Assembly: GCA_944385365.1 (NCBI GenBank)
Contig: CALWWW010000004.1
Span: 7,297 to 71,296 of the forward strand
Length of the DNA: 64,000 bases
Reading direction: 5' to 3'
Source of the DNA: an uncultured Oscillospiraceae bacterium
Lineage (GTDB): Bacteria > Bacillota > Clostridia > Oscillospirales > Oscillospiraceae
In this document: piece by piece, positions 37,101 through 44,853 of the stretch
Numbering within the stretch: the first letter of the stretch is position 1
Layout of the letters: every line of letters begins with the position of its first letter
The notes under the pieces: model-generated
Databases searched by the model: none
Told to the model about the DNA's origin: nothing
What the model saw: only the letters and a program-made list of their open reading frames with translations
Position numbers and translations under genes: made by a program

Positions 37101-39876
37101 AGGTACCGCATTCCACGGAGGAGATACCCAGTTTCAGGGTCTCGCCCACCCAGACGGGGGCCGTGACAGCAATATCGCCGTCGCTCTGGGTCACACGGAT
37201 AAAGTAGTAGGTGTAGTCGGCGGGGAGGGTGCAGGACAGGTTGCCGGCGGCCAATTCGGCGGCGTCGCTCCAGGTATGGGCGACCTTACCGGTGTTGACC
37301 ACCACTTCCACCTTGGCGGTGGCGTCGGAGGCGTCGGGGTCAAAGAGGTTGACCTTGATGTTTACCGTCTCCGGGACCTGCTCGATGATGGAGCCCAGGA
37401 CCTGATCGTTGAGGGTGTAGTTAATTTCCAGGTTCTTGTCTTCGGTGGCGTAGACGCGATAGTTGCGGATGGCCTCATAGATACCATCCTGGCTGAAATT
37501 ATCCGTCAGAACCACGTCACGGGCGTCGTTGGCGTTGCCCCACTTGCCCTTGTGGTTGTCCTGGTTGTTGGTGGGTGCCACATGCCAGCCCTTGTCCAGG
37601 GCCATGATGTAATAGGAATAGCTGGGGAAGTAGCCGCCGGAGCCGATGGCGCCTTCGCCGTTGCCCACTTCTACCAGATGCATCCGCTTATCAATGACGG
37701 GATCATAGTAGGCAAAATCCGCAAAGGTGCCGAAGGTGGCGCCGGGGTGATTGAACTGACTGATAGAATCTTTCAGGGCACTGTTTTTCAGCAGTTCATA
37801 GTAGGCTTTCATACCGGCATCGGATTCCTTGCTGTTGAGGGTCTTGTTGTTGCGGGAGACAAGGCCGGGGGTATTGAAGGTGTTGATATGGCCGGGACCG
37901 CCGGACCAGGTCATCTCAAAGCCGGCCAGGGCCACCCGGGTACCGGCGTACTGCTCATTGAACGCAGCCACCGTATTGCGGTAGGTGTACCACTTGTCGC
38001 GGCTGGATGCCGTCATCTGGCTGGGGTCATAGAGGGCGGCCTCGGGATTGGCATCACTGCTGGTGTCAAAATAGTTGGAGTGGTCCGTAAAGGCCACAAA
38101 GTCCACATTGGCGTTTTCCGGCAGGTTGGCCACATAGTCCAGGCCCTCCTGCAAAGTGCCTGCACCGTCGGAGTATTCGGCGGTGTGGGAGTGAAGCTGG
38201 CCGAAGTAGAGCTGATACTGGGACGTGCCCACCAGGAAACTCCAGCTGCGTTCCACGGATTTGCTGTCAGTGCGGGTGACGGTAACGGTGGCGGTATACC
38301 GCCCATCGGACAGGGCATCGGAAACCGCGTAGGTGGCGGAATTACCCTGAACGGTCATGGGCTGCTTGTCCAGAAGTGTGCTGGTGGGGCCCTTGAGCGT
38401 CAGTACCACCGTGGGATTCGCACCGGCGTTGGCAAAGTCCACCTGAATGGTAGGCTGCTTGTTGTCGCCGGTCTGAGAGCCGGCGGCGGGAGAGACCGCG
38501 CTGATGACCGGCTCGTCCACCACGGTCAGCTTGGCGTTACCGGTAAAGGGTACGTCCTTGGTATCGGTACCGGTGACGGTAATGGTCATGTCACCGGCAG
38601 TCAGTTCCGTGCCGGGAATGGTGAAAGAGTAAGTGCCGTTGGTATTGGTGAGCTTGGCCACCGTCTCGCCGTATTTGGCCTCCGGTTCGCCCTTTACACC
38701 GAAGACTGCGTCCACGGTAAAGGAAACCTTGTAGTCCTGGCTGATATAGGCGTTGGAAAGCTCGCCGAAGGTCACGACCGGCGCATTGACCACGCCTTCA
38801 GTGACGGTGAGGTTGCTGTCAACCGTGTAGAACTGGAAGGTATAGATATCCTTGTCACTGTCGTTGTACAGGCTGTAGGTTTTATAAGAGTCGCTGTAAT
38901 ACTCCAGATACTGGGAGTTACCCTTGTATTTGGCGGTACGGCTCTCCAGAGTAAAGCCGCCGTTGTACTCCGCCAGCTTCCAGTCGGCATCGTCGGAAGC
39001 GTCCTTGGAGTAGAACGAATTGCTGCCCGTGCCGTTGGAGCAGAGATACCCGTCGCGCGCGGTCTTGAACCGCCACCATTCACCGTTCTGTTCTACGGTG
39101 AATACACGGCCGCCGTTGGCGGGGGTTGCGGTGGTGCCGCTGACAGTGGCTGCGGCGTTATTGACCGAGGGACTGGTCACATTGTCATCCTGCCCGGCCA
39201 GAACGCCATTGGCGCCCACATTGTAAATCACAACAGCGTCGCCGTTTTTGAAGGGCAGCTCAACAACAGGCGCTTCCGGAAGCTCCGGCAGAGGATGGTC
39301 TTCCAGACTGAAAGTGCCCGTTTTGTAGAACTGGAAGGTGTAGTCATCCTTGTATTTGTCCTGCATTCCGTAGCAGGTGAAACTTCCCTTGTAGCATTCC
39401 AGATATTGAGCTTTGCCGCCGAAACTGGCGTTGACACTCTTAATAAAGTAGTTGCCGGGGGCGGCGGATTCCGGCTGCTCCAGCTGGTAGCTGGTGTACT
39501 CGCCCCGTTCCTCCGTCAGACGGACATGGGTGCCGTCCAGATAGAGGAAGCGGCCGTCCTCGGCATTCTGAAATACATAGTTGTCGTCTTCATCGACGTA
39601 TACGCGCAGGACGGCAGTATCTGCCTGCACGGTATACGCATTGTCGGCGCTGGGAGCCGTTACGGCGGCCAGCTGGTCTTTCTGATTGTATGGTTTGTTT
39701 GTGGTGCCCATGGCTTGTCCGGCGCTGGGGGAACTGATGACCACCAGATCACCGGCGCTGATGGAATCCACTTTGGTGGCGGTGGTGTTGGCGGCCAGTG
39801 CTGCTGTGGGCCACATGGAGAGCAGCATAACTGCGCTCAACGCGGCGGAGAGAACTCGGTTCAATCGTTTTCGCAT
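34171..39876 (-). CDS. Giant (1901 aa) SLH-anchored surface protein with a PHP-like (CehA/McbA-type) metallohydrolase domain and OB-fold domains
   Basis: Signal peptide, two internally repeated N-terminal modules and Ig-like segments. Metal-ligand motifs GQLHSHT.YSDG, FTDHSNY, QFNHPG, HVAPTNNQDNH. Two OB-like repeats (IYLQDGTAGINAF...GDRVRITG; ILVRDSAGTIGRVFID), a Gly/Ser linker and three C-terminal SLH repeats. Confidence 0.85.
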   Translation of the reverse strand: MRKRLNRVLSAALSAVMLLSMWPTAALAANTTATKVDSISAGDLVVISSPSAGQAMGTTNKPYNQKDQLAAVTAPSADNAYTVQADTAVLRVYVDEDDNYVFQNAEDGRFLYLDGTHVRLTEERGEYTSYQLEQPESAAPGNYFIKSVNASFGGKAQYLECYKGSFTCYGMQDKYKDDYTFQFYKTGTFSLEDHPLPELPEAPVVELPFKNGDAVVIYNVGANGVLAGQDDNVTSPSVNNAAATVSGTTATPANGGRVFTVEQNGEWWRFKTARDGYLCSNGTGSNSFYSKDASDDADWKLAEYNGGFTLESRTAKYKGNSQYLEYYSDSYKTYSLYNDSDKDIYTFQFYTVDSNLTVTEGVVNAPVVTFGELSNAYISQDYKVSFTVDAVFGVKGEPEAKYGETVAKLTNTNGTYSFTIPGTELTAGDMTITVTGTDTKDVPFTGNAKLTVVDEPVISAVSPAAGSQTGDNKQPTIQVDFANAGANPTVVLTLKGPTSTLLDKQPMTVQGNSATYAVSDALSDGRYTATVTVTRTDSKSVERSWSFLVGTSQYQLYFGQLHSHTAEYSDGAGTLQEGLDYVANLPENANVDFVAFTDHSNYFDTSSDANPEAALYDPSQMTASSRDKWYTYRNTVAAFNEQYAGTRVALAGFEMTWSGGPGHINTFNTPGLVSRNNKTLNSKESDAGMKAYYELLKNSALKDSISQFNHPGATFGTFADFAYYDPVIDKRMHLVEVGNGEGAIGSGGYFPSYSYYIMALDKGWHVAPTNNQDNHKGKWGNANDARDVVLTDNFSQDGIYEAIRNYRVYATEDKNLEINYTLNDQVLGSIIEQVPETVNIKVNLFDPDASDATAKVEVVVNTGKVAHTWSDAAELAAGNLSCTLPADYTYYFIRVTQSDGDIAVTAPVWVGETLKLGISSVECGTSIPVTGEAVELKTNLFNSETSPATIQSITYTSNGTVLGTQTGLGELAASSTQTVSWAFVPTEARLTTITVAVTLVQDGKEFTYTSDITLDVLDAARLVYVGIDASHHNEYVNGNYSKSMGNFSALAAGYAVRTVELNTSADLLAACENANGKYRAIVLTAPTRRVGDALRDPYDNYRDEEIAALKAFNAAGGMVVLAGWSDYYENYKPFPEADHMAAQQNKILAALGSSLRISDDATMDDALNGGQPQRLYFSTYNWEHFLMNGVEFDAAHPNDNKYSQRFSQYGGASIYAVDASGQPTAMLPETVSPVVYGHSSTYSKDSDQVGVSGDAVPTYPVADGDNRLMILATEELPGQGLIVVSGAAFLSNFEVQAQVDSAAEKNYSNYTICENLVNYINPTTISPISEVQAQKNEGVKYTIEGIVTSNASGYDKNTAFFDCIYLQDGTAGINAFPVAGNFQIGDRVRITGTTSSYQGERQIAVSSITKVGTGTVPTPREITAAQLNDRSYLGSLVTLRGTVVSFESANGLIQTILVRDSAGTIGRVFIDGYITKDAEVQGLREGRSIIATGLASYDTSFAGEPARIRIRNRADVVCTDVPSGGGGSSSGGSSSSSGGSSSSDKTETVKNPDGSTTTTVTKSDGTVINTTKRPDGTSQSVETKPDGTVIDTTKRPDGSSQAVERKADGTVTTTRKEANGASSTTVTTGGQTTAQVHIPADVVSSAVSRNRSVSLPLPTLTASANARQAPAVTVDLSGKKNVAVEIPVKDAGYGTVAMLQKADGSLELLRNTIPSDNGVTVSLSDGDTVKLVDNARTFADIPAAHWSSDSIDFVTSRQLFNGTSNTTFSPGADMTRGMLWTVLARMDGVDTTSGSTWYEAGRTWAMASGISDGTNVDAPHTREQLVTMLWRYAGSPAVDYNLSGYSDSHTVSDWAQTPMAWAVEQGLIQGSGSNQLSPGTLATREQVAAILTRFVMTVQPS
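35030..35235 (-). repeat. In-frame repeats encoding (K/R)xDG-T/S turns (NPDGS, KSDGT, RPDGT, KPDGT, RPDGS, KADGT) in the giant protein
   Basis: A near-duplicate unit of about 66 nt (CCGTCGGG[A/G]CGCTTGGTGGTGT[T/C]GATCACGGTGCCGTC) occurs twice. Confidence 0.7.
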
Positions 39877-40467
39877 AGTTCAGTAACCATCCTTTCTGTA
39901 GGGGGTACCGCGGCAAGCCGCGCTCCGGTTTCCGATGTATAAGTGGTGGACATACCTCCCCTGCTGCTGCGGAATCCTGTGAGAAAAACCGGGATGGTTT
40001 TCTCCTCTCTCGTCTTTGCGCACAGACCGATCATTTTTACTGCTGTGCTTACCGCCTGAAAAAAGGACTGGACTCCATTCCAATCAGAGGAAGCCATGGT
40101 AAAATGAACTGATTTCATACTAGCAGAAAATAAATTGTATTGCAATGGATTTTTTATATAAATTAGACAAAATTATCGTTAAAAACGCGTTTTATACAAG
40201 AAATTTATTCATTTTTGGAAACATGTCTTAAAAACTTTCAGCCTGAAAAACAGTAAATCAACAGAAAAAATTGGAAACATGTCCGATTTTCACAATACTC
40301 CATTTTTTGGAGAATGACGCTTGGAATGCGACAAGTTCAACGTCGATTTTTCCAAAACACTATGCAGCCGGGATATTGTTTTGGGCTGTCCGGTTCGGTA
40401 ACATGGACGGTAAGAAAGCCCGGAACGGTTTCCGGACCATGGAACAATTTTAAAGGAGGAGAACAGG

Positions 40468-41292
40468 ATGAATCCAACAACGACAAACGAACTCAAAAGC
40501 GAAAAATTAAAATTGGGCAAGGTGTTTCTGATTATCTGGCTGGTGGCCATCGTTGCGTTTTTCAGCTTTGCGGCGGTGAAGTACGCGGGCTATAAGGAGA
40601 TTCAGGACGCGGGCCTGACCTGTGCGGCCCTGGCGTCTTCGGAATACGACTCGCCCGACCGGGAGGAAGTGATCCACGATCTCTATATGGACATGACCCG
40701 CACCAGCTACCTGGGACAGAACTGGAACGAGTACAGCGGCGCTATTCGGGACGCCATGGAGGACGCGCTGGAAGCCATGGGATACGATGATCTCACCTAT
40801 ATCCCCCACTACTTCCGTTATGTGGGCTTTTCAGAGTATTTCATGGGGTATTTTCTCTTTAGCCACGCGCCGGTTCTGATGCTGTGCATTTACGCCGTGC
40901 TTCTGGTGCTGCTGATCTTTACGGTACTCTATCTGACGGACAGACGCGGCCAGGTGGCGGTGGAAGAAACCGCAGTAACCTGCCAGAAGAAGCCGGGAAA
41001 ATCCATGCAGTTTATGATTCAGGACATCAACAGCGTGGAGCTGGTGGGTCTCAAGGGATTGAAGCTGAAAGGCAGCGGCATCAACTTCAAGACGCTGTTT
41101 TTGAAAAATGGCCCTGCCATCAAAACGGCCATTATGGATAAAAAGATGGTACTGACGAAAACCAGCCCCGCCCCCGCAGCTCCGGCCGGCGGCAACATGG
41201 AAGAGCTCAAGCAGCTGAAGGAACTGCTGGATACCGGCGTCATTTCTCAGGAGGAATTCGACACCAAGAAAAAACAGCTGCTGGGCTTGTAA
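40468..41292 (+). CDS. Membrane protein with a C-terminal SHOCT domain
   Basis: Two TM segments and C-terminal EELKQLKELLDTGVISQEEFDTKKKQLLGL. Confidence 0.8.
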   Translation: MNPTTTNELKSEKLKLGKVFLIIWLVAIVAFFSFAAVKYAGYKEIQDAGLTCAALASSEYDSPDREEVIHDLYMDMTRTSYLGQNWNEYSGAIRDAMEDALEAMGYDDLTYIPHYFRYVGFSEYFMGYFLFSHAPVLMLCIYAVLLVLLIFTVLYLTDRRGQVAVEETAVTCQKKPGKSMQFMIQDINSVELVGLKGLKLKGSGINFKTLFLKNGPAIKTAIMDKKMVLTKTSPAPAAPAGGNMEELKQLKELLDTGVISQEEFDTKKKQLLGL

Positions 41293-41301
41293 GCATACAA
41301 A

Positions 41302-41333
41302 AACAGGGAGCGGAATCTGTTCCGCTCCCTGTT
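41302..41333. terminator. Terminator hairpin between convergent genes
   Basis: AACAGGGAGCGGAA-TCTG-TTCCGCTCCCTGTT. Confidence 0.65.
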
Positions 41334-41338
41334 CAGGT

Positions 41339-41533
41339 TTATTCTTCTACTTTCACAATATCGATTGCTGCATCCAATAAATAATTGATTAACCCATTTC
41401 TGGAACGATAGGTTTGCGCTGACAGCGCATCCAAACGGTCAATCATTTCTTTTTTCATACGAACAGATACAACCTTATATCCATTATTTCCTCGGCAAGA
41501 GGATTTTTTTGTGAGTTTGATCTCTCGTTCCAT
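41339..41533 (-). CDS. CopG/ribbon-helix-helix family small regulator
   Basis: 64 aa; GYKVVSVRMKKEMIDRLDALSAQTYRSRNGLINYLL (RHH beta-alpha-alpha pattern). Confidence 0.7.
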   Translation of the reverse strand: MEREIKLTKKSSCRGNNGYKVVSVRMKKEMIDRLDALSAQTYRSRNGLINYLLDAAIDIVKVEE

Positions 41534-41641
41534 GCGCTCACCCACTTGTATAAATTACTAGCTTGTATTTAGTTTATCTTGATTATAGCATATAAATATT
41601 TGTGGCTCAAGCCCCTACAATATTCATGGAGGGCTTTTGCT

Positions 41642-41884
41642 ATGAAGAACGAGAATATCACGAAATATAGGGATGAGTTTGTTGCTGTCGGCTTGAAAAT
41701 TGGGTATCTGAGAAGGCAAAGAGGAATGACCCAGGAGCAGCTTGCGGAAAAGGCCGGGATATCCCTGGGGTTTCTGAGCCAGATTGAAGCGCCCAACCTC
41801 TCTGTAGGCATGTCTCTGGCTACGCTTCTATCCATTGCTGAGGCGCTGCAAGTACCGCCATCAAAATTATTGGAATTTGACTGA
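41642..41884 (+). CDS. XRE-family helix-turn-helix regulator
   Basis: 80 aa; IGYLRRQRGMTQEQLAEKAGISLGFLSQIE. RBS GGAGGG. Confidence 0.85.
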   Translation: MKNENITKYRDEFVAVGLKIGYLRRQRGMTQEQLAEKAGISLGFLSQIEAPNLSVGMSLATLLSIAEALQVPPSKLLEFD

Positions 41885-41920
41885 ACGCAGATATAAATTT
41901 GTATATCAGAATATAAAAAT

Positions 41921-41957
41921 CCCCTTGATAACAGGAAAATTTCCTGTTATCAAGGGG
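41921..41957. terminator. Perfect 18-bp inverted repeat; terminator for rubrerythrin and/or the XRE gene
   Basis: CCCCTTGATAACAGGAAA-A-TTTCCTGTTATCAAGGGG. Confidence 0.65.
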
Positions 41958-41979
41958 GTTAAAATGTTGTTATTTCAGA

Positions 41980-42546
41980 TTAACCGAAGTAACGGTTCAG
42001 CAGGCCCTCGAAAGCCTTGCCGTGACGGGCCTCGTCGCGAGCCATCTCGTGGACGGTGTCGTGGATGGCGTCCAGGTTGTACTGCTTGGCCAGCTTAGCC
42101 AGCTCGAACTTGCCCAGGGTAGCGCCGTTTTCGGCTTCCACGCGCATCTCCAGGTTCTTCTTGGTGCTGTCGGTGACAACATCGCCCAGCAGCTCGGCAA
42201 ACTTGGCAGCGTGCTCAGCCTCTTCCAGAGCGGCCTTCTCCCAGTACAGGCCGATCTCGGGGTAGCCCTCGCGGTGAGCCACGCGGCTCATGGCCAGGTA
42301 CATGCCGACCTCGGTGCACTCGCCCTGGAAGTTGGCGTTCAGACCCTCGAGGATCTCCTTCTGGACCTCGGCGGGCACATCGGCGCCGAAGACCTTGCCC
42401 ACGCCCACGACATGCTCAGCAGCCCAGGTCTTGGTCTCAGCCTGCACGGTGAACTTGGAGCCGGGAACGCCGCACTGGGGGCACTTCTCGGGGGCGCTGT
42501 CGCCAACATGAACGTAACCGCAGACAGGACATACGAACTTCTTCAT
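41980..42546 (-). CDS. Reverse rubrerythrin (N-terminal rubredoxin domain; NADH peroxidase-like)
   Basis: FVCPVCGY...CPQCG, then the ferritin-like [15 protein letters not shown] and DEARHG motifs. Confidence 0.92.
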   Translation of the reverse strand: MKKFVCPVCGYVHVGDSAPEKCPQCGVPGSKFTVQAETKTWAAEHVVGVGKVFGADVPAEVQKEILEGLNANFQGECTEVGMYLAMSRVAHREGYPEIGLYWEKAALEEAEHAAKFAELLGDVVTDSTKKNLEMRVEAENGATLGKFELAKLAKQYNLDAIHDTVHEMARDEARHGKAFEGLLNRYFG

Positions 42547-42611
42547 AGTAATTTCCTCCAATAGTAATATAATGTAGTATGGGAATTGAACTTGCTTGTA
42601 AAGGTGATGCG

Positions 42612-43013
42612 TCAGGCGATTTCCTCAGCCATGCAATGCTTGCAGCGGCCGCGGAATGTCAGACGGCAATCGGAAACCATACCGCCGGTGGCCTGTTCAG
42701 CCAGGGCCGCCAGCTCCGTGGGTACCTCAATGGCGCTAATATCCAAAACCGCACCGCAATCCTCACAGATGAAGTGCACGTGCGGCCGGGTTTCGCCGTC
42801 GAACCGCTCCAGCCCATTGACTACGCCTACCGATACAATGATCCCTTCCTCGCGGAACATGCTGATGTTCCGGTAGACTGTGCCGAGGCTGAGATCGGGG
42901 ATCTGTGGCTTGAGCTGGGTATACACCCACTCGGCACTGGGATGACAATCGGTACCGCAGATACAGGCCAGAATCGCGTCGCGCTTCTTGGACCGTTTGC
43001 GAATTTTTTCCAT
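42612..43013 (-). CDS. Fur-family regulator, PerR-like
   Basis: [32 protein letters not shown]; lies upstream of rubrerythrin. Confidence 0.85.
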   Translation of the reverse strand: MEKIRKRSKKRDAILACICGTDCHPSAEWVYTQLKPQIPDLSLGTVYRNISMFREEGIIVSVGVVNGLERFDGETRPHVHFICEDCGAVLDISAIEVPTELAALAEQATGGMVSDCRLTFRGRCKHCMAEEIA

Positions 43014-43027
43014 TTGTCTCTCCATTT

Positions 43028-43042
43028 CAGTAATGATTATCG
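43028..43042. promoter_or_regulatory. Possible Fur/Per box at the perR-like promoter
   Basis: CAGTAATGATTATCG resembles the 7-1-7 TGATAATnATTATCA box; it lies between the -10 (TATTAT, minus strand) and the RBS. Confidence 0.4.
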
Positions 43043-43185
43043 CTTGCATGATGATAATAGCACACATTCTTATTTTTGTAAAGGGCTTTTTGAAAAAATT
43101 TTTTGTGAAACTTTCGGCCAGCCGGTTGCAAAGATGGCCGCGGCGTGGTATGGTAGGTACATCTTATAAAAGGAGGTTCACGACA

Positions 43186-43362
43186 ATGGGTGTTTCCATC
43201 AAGAACCTGGGCGATTGCGTTGCTTGCGGCGCTTGCGCTGAGGCTTGCCCCCAGGAGGTCCTGAAGGTTGAGGACAACGTCGAGATCGCCAACGCTGATG
43301 ATTGCGTCAGCTGCGGCCTGTGCGCCGATGCTTGTCCTGTCGACGTGCTGGAGGTTGACTGA
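43186..43362 (+). CDS. 2[4Fe-4S] ferredoxin (58 aa)
   Basis: RBS AGGAGG; CVACGACAEACP and CVSCGLCADACP. Confidence 0.92.
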   Translation: MGVSIKNLGDCVACGACAEACPQEVLKVEDNVEIANADDCVSCGLCADACPVDVLEVD

Positions 43363-43568
43363 TTCCAGTCCTTTCCTGCCGGATCGCGGTTGCGGTCCGG
43401 CAGTTTTTCATTTTGGGAGAACACCCTGCCGATACCGCCGGCAAATGACGGCGGTTACTGCAAAAAATGCGGGAAAAATCCCCGTTCCCTGTTGAACTTC
43501 CAGGGATTTGCGGGTATAATATGAAAGATTGAAGCCTGTAGAAGCAGGCAAAGGGGGGAGGAACCGTC

Positions 43569-44312
43569 GTGGGACAGGTGATTGCCGTCATCTCCGGCAA
43601 AGGCGGCACGGGTAAGACCAGCCTCACGGCGGGCGTGGCGTCCTGTCTGGCCGCGGAGGGTCAGAAGGTGCTGTGCATCGACTGTGATATGGGCCTGCGG
43701 AACCTGGACCTCTCCCTGGGTCTGGCCGACGAGGCCACAGTGGCGTTTACCGATGTGATGGATGGCCTGTACACCCTGGAGGATGCCGTGACCCATCCCC
43801 GCATACCGGGCCTGGATTTGCTGACGGCGCCGGTGACCAAGCTGCCGGAGGATGTGGACCAGGAGGCCTTTGGGCGGCTTCTGGAAGAGGCCCGAAGGCA
43901 GTATGACTGGTGTCTCATCGACGCGCCCGCTGGTGTGGGCGTGGGGTTTCAGCTGGCTACGCGATATGCCGATGAGCTGGTGGTGGTGGCCGTTGCCGAT
44001 CCGGCGTCCATGCGGGACGCGGCCCGGGCCGCCGATTTGATTGAACTGCAAGACCGGCGGGACCGGCCCATGCGTCTGGTGGTGAACCGGGTGTCCCGGC
44101 GGATGTACCGCAAGCTGCGGGCCACGGTGGACGATGTGATGGACGGCGTGGGATTGCCCCTGCTGGGCATTGTGCCGGACGATGTATCGGTGACGCTGGC
44201 GGCTGCCGCGTCGGAGCCGTTGATTCTGTATACCAGCCGCGGCGCGGCCGTGGCCTGTCTCCATATTGCCCGCCGCCTCTGCGGGCGGCGCGCCGCTCTC
44301 CTGCGCCTGTAA
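43569..44312 (+). CDS. minD: MinD-family ATPase
   Basis: VISGKGGTGKT, DCDMGLRNLDL, IDAPAGVGVGF, VVNRV, LLGIVPDD, IARRLCG. Confidence 0.82.
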   Translation: MGQVIAVISGKGGTGKTSLTAGVASCLAAEGQKVLCIDCDMGLRNLDLSLGLADEATVAFTDVMDGLYTLEDAVTHPRIPGLDLLTAPVTKLPEDVDQEAFGRLLEEARRQYDWCLIDAPAGVGVGFQLATRYADELVVVAVADPASMRDAARAADLIELQDRRDRPMRLVVNRVSRRMYRKLRATVDDVMDGVGLPLLGIVPDDVSVTLAAAASEPLILYTSRGAAVACLHIARRLCGRRAALLRL

Positions 44313-44360
44313 GGGTGCTGCCCAATCTTCCATATACTGGACACGATACGGAGTGATACT

Positions 44361-44774
44361 ATGAACATTACGGTTATGGCCCATGATAAGAAGAAGGAAC
44401 TGATGGTGCAGTTCTGCACCGCTTACAAGAGCATCTTTGCCAAGCATAACCTGTCCGCCACGGCCACGACGGGCCGTCTGGTGGCAGATGCCACGGGCCT
44501 GCCCGTGTCGCTGTTCCTGGCCCGGTCCCAGGGCGGCCATCAGCAGGTGGACGCCCGGATTGCCTACAATGAAATCGATATGGTCATTATTTTCTCGGAC
44601 CCCAACGACAACGATCCCTGGGAGGATCAGCGGGTCATGCAGACGCTGCGCCTGTGCGAGATGCACAACGTCCCGGTGGCCACCAATCTGGCCACGGCGG
44701 AAATGCTGATTCTCGGTCTCCAGCGCGGCGACCTGGATTGGCGTGAGATGATCCGCCCCAAAAAGACCATTTGA
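44361..44774 (+). CDS. mgsA: Methylglyoxal synthase-like protein (divergent active site)
   Basis: MAHDKKK, ATATTG, GGHQQ, IIFSDP, VPVATNLATAE. Confidence 0.75.
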   Translation: MNITVMAHDKKKELMVQFCTAYKSIFAKHNLSATATTGRLVADATGLPVSLFLARSQGGHQQVDARIAYNEIDMVIIFSDPNDNDPWEDQRVMQTLRLCEMHNVPVATNLATAEMLILGLQRGDLDWREMIRPKKTI

Positions 44775-44853
44775 GTCCATATCCCCTGCCCTCGCCCGTT
44801 TTGGCGGAGCGAGGGCAGTTCAGTCTAGAAATGAGAAAGGAACCCAAGATACT

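Noticed and set aside
33847-39942. 2031-aa ORF on the + strand
   Set aside because: Antisense shadow of the 1901-aa SLH protein. High-GC codon bias suppresses stops on the opposite strand, and the translation has no recognisable motifs.
39861-39953. Possible 30-aa upstream ORF (MSTTYTSETG...ELCEND) overlapping the start of the giant gene
   Set aside because: The GGAGG lies only 1 nt before the ATG, which is poor spacing, and nothing else supports translation.
44775-44853. T-box leaders for hisS (and for serS at 16927-16986)
   Set aside because: The intergenic gaps are only 60-80 bp and contain no T-box motif; only a simple hairpin is present.
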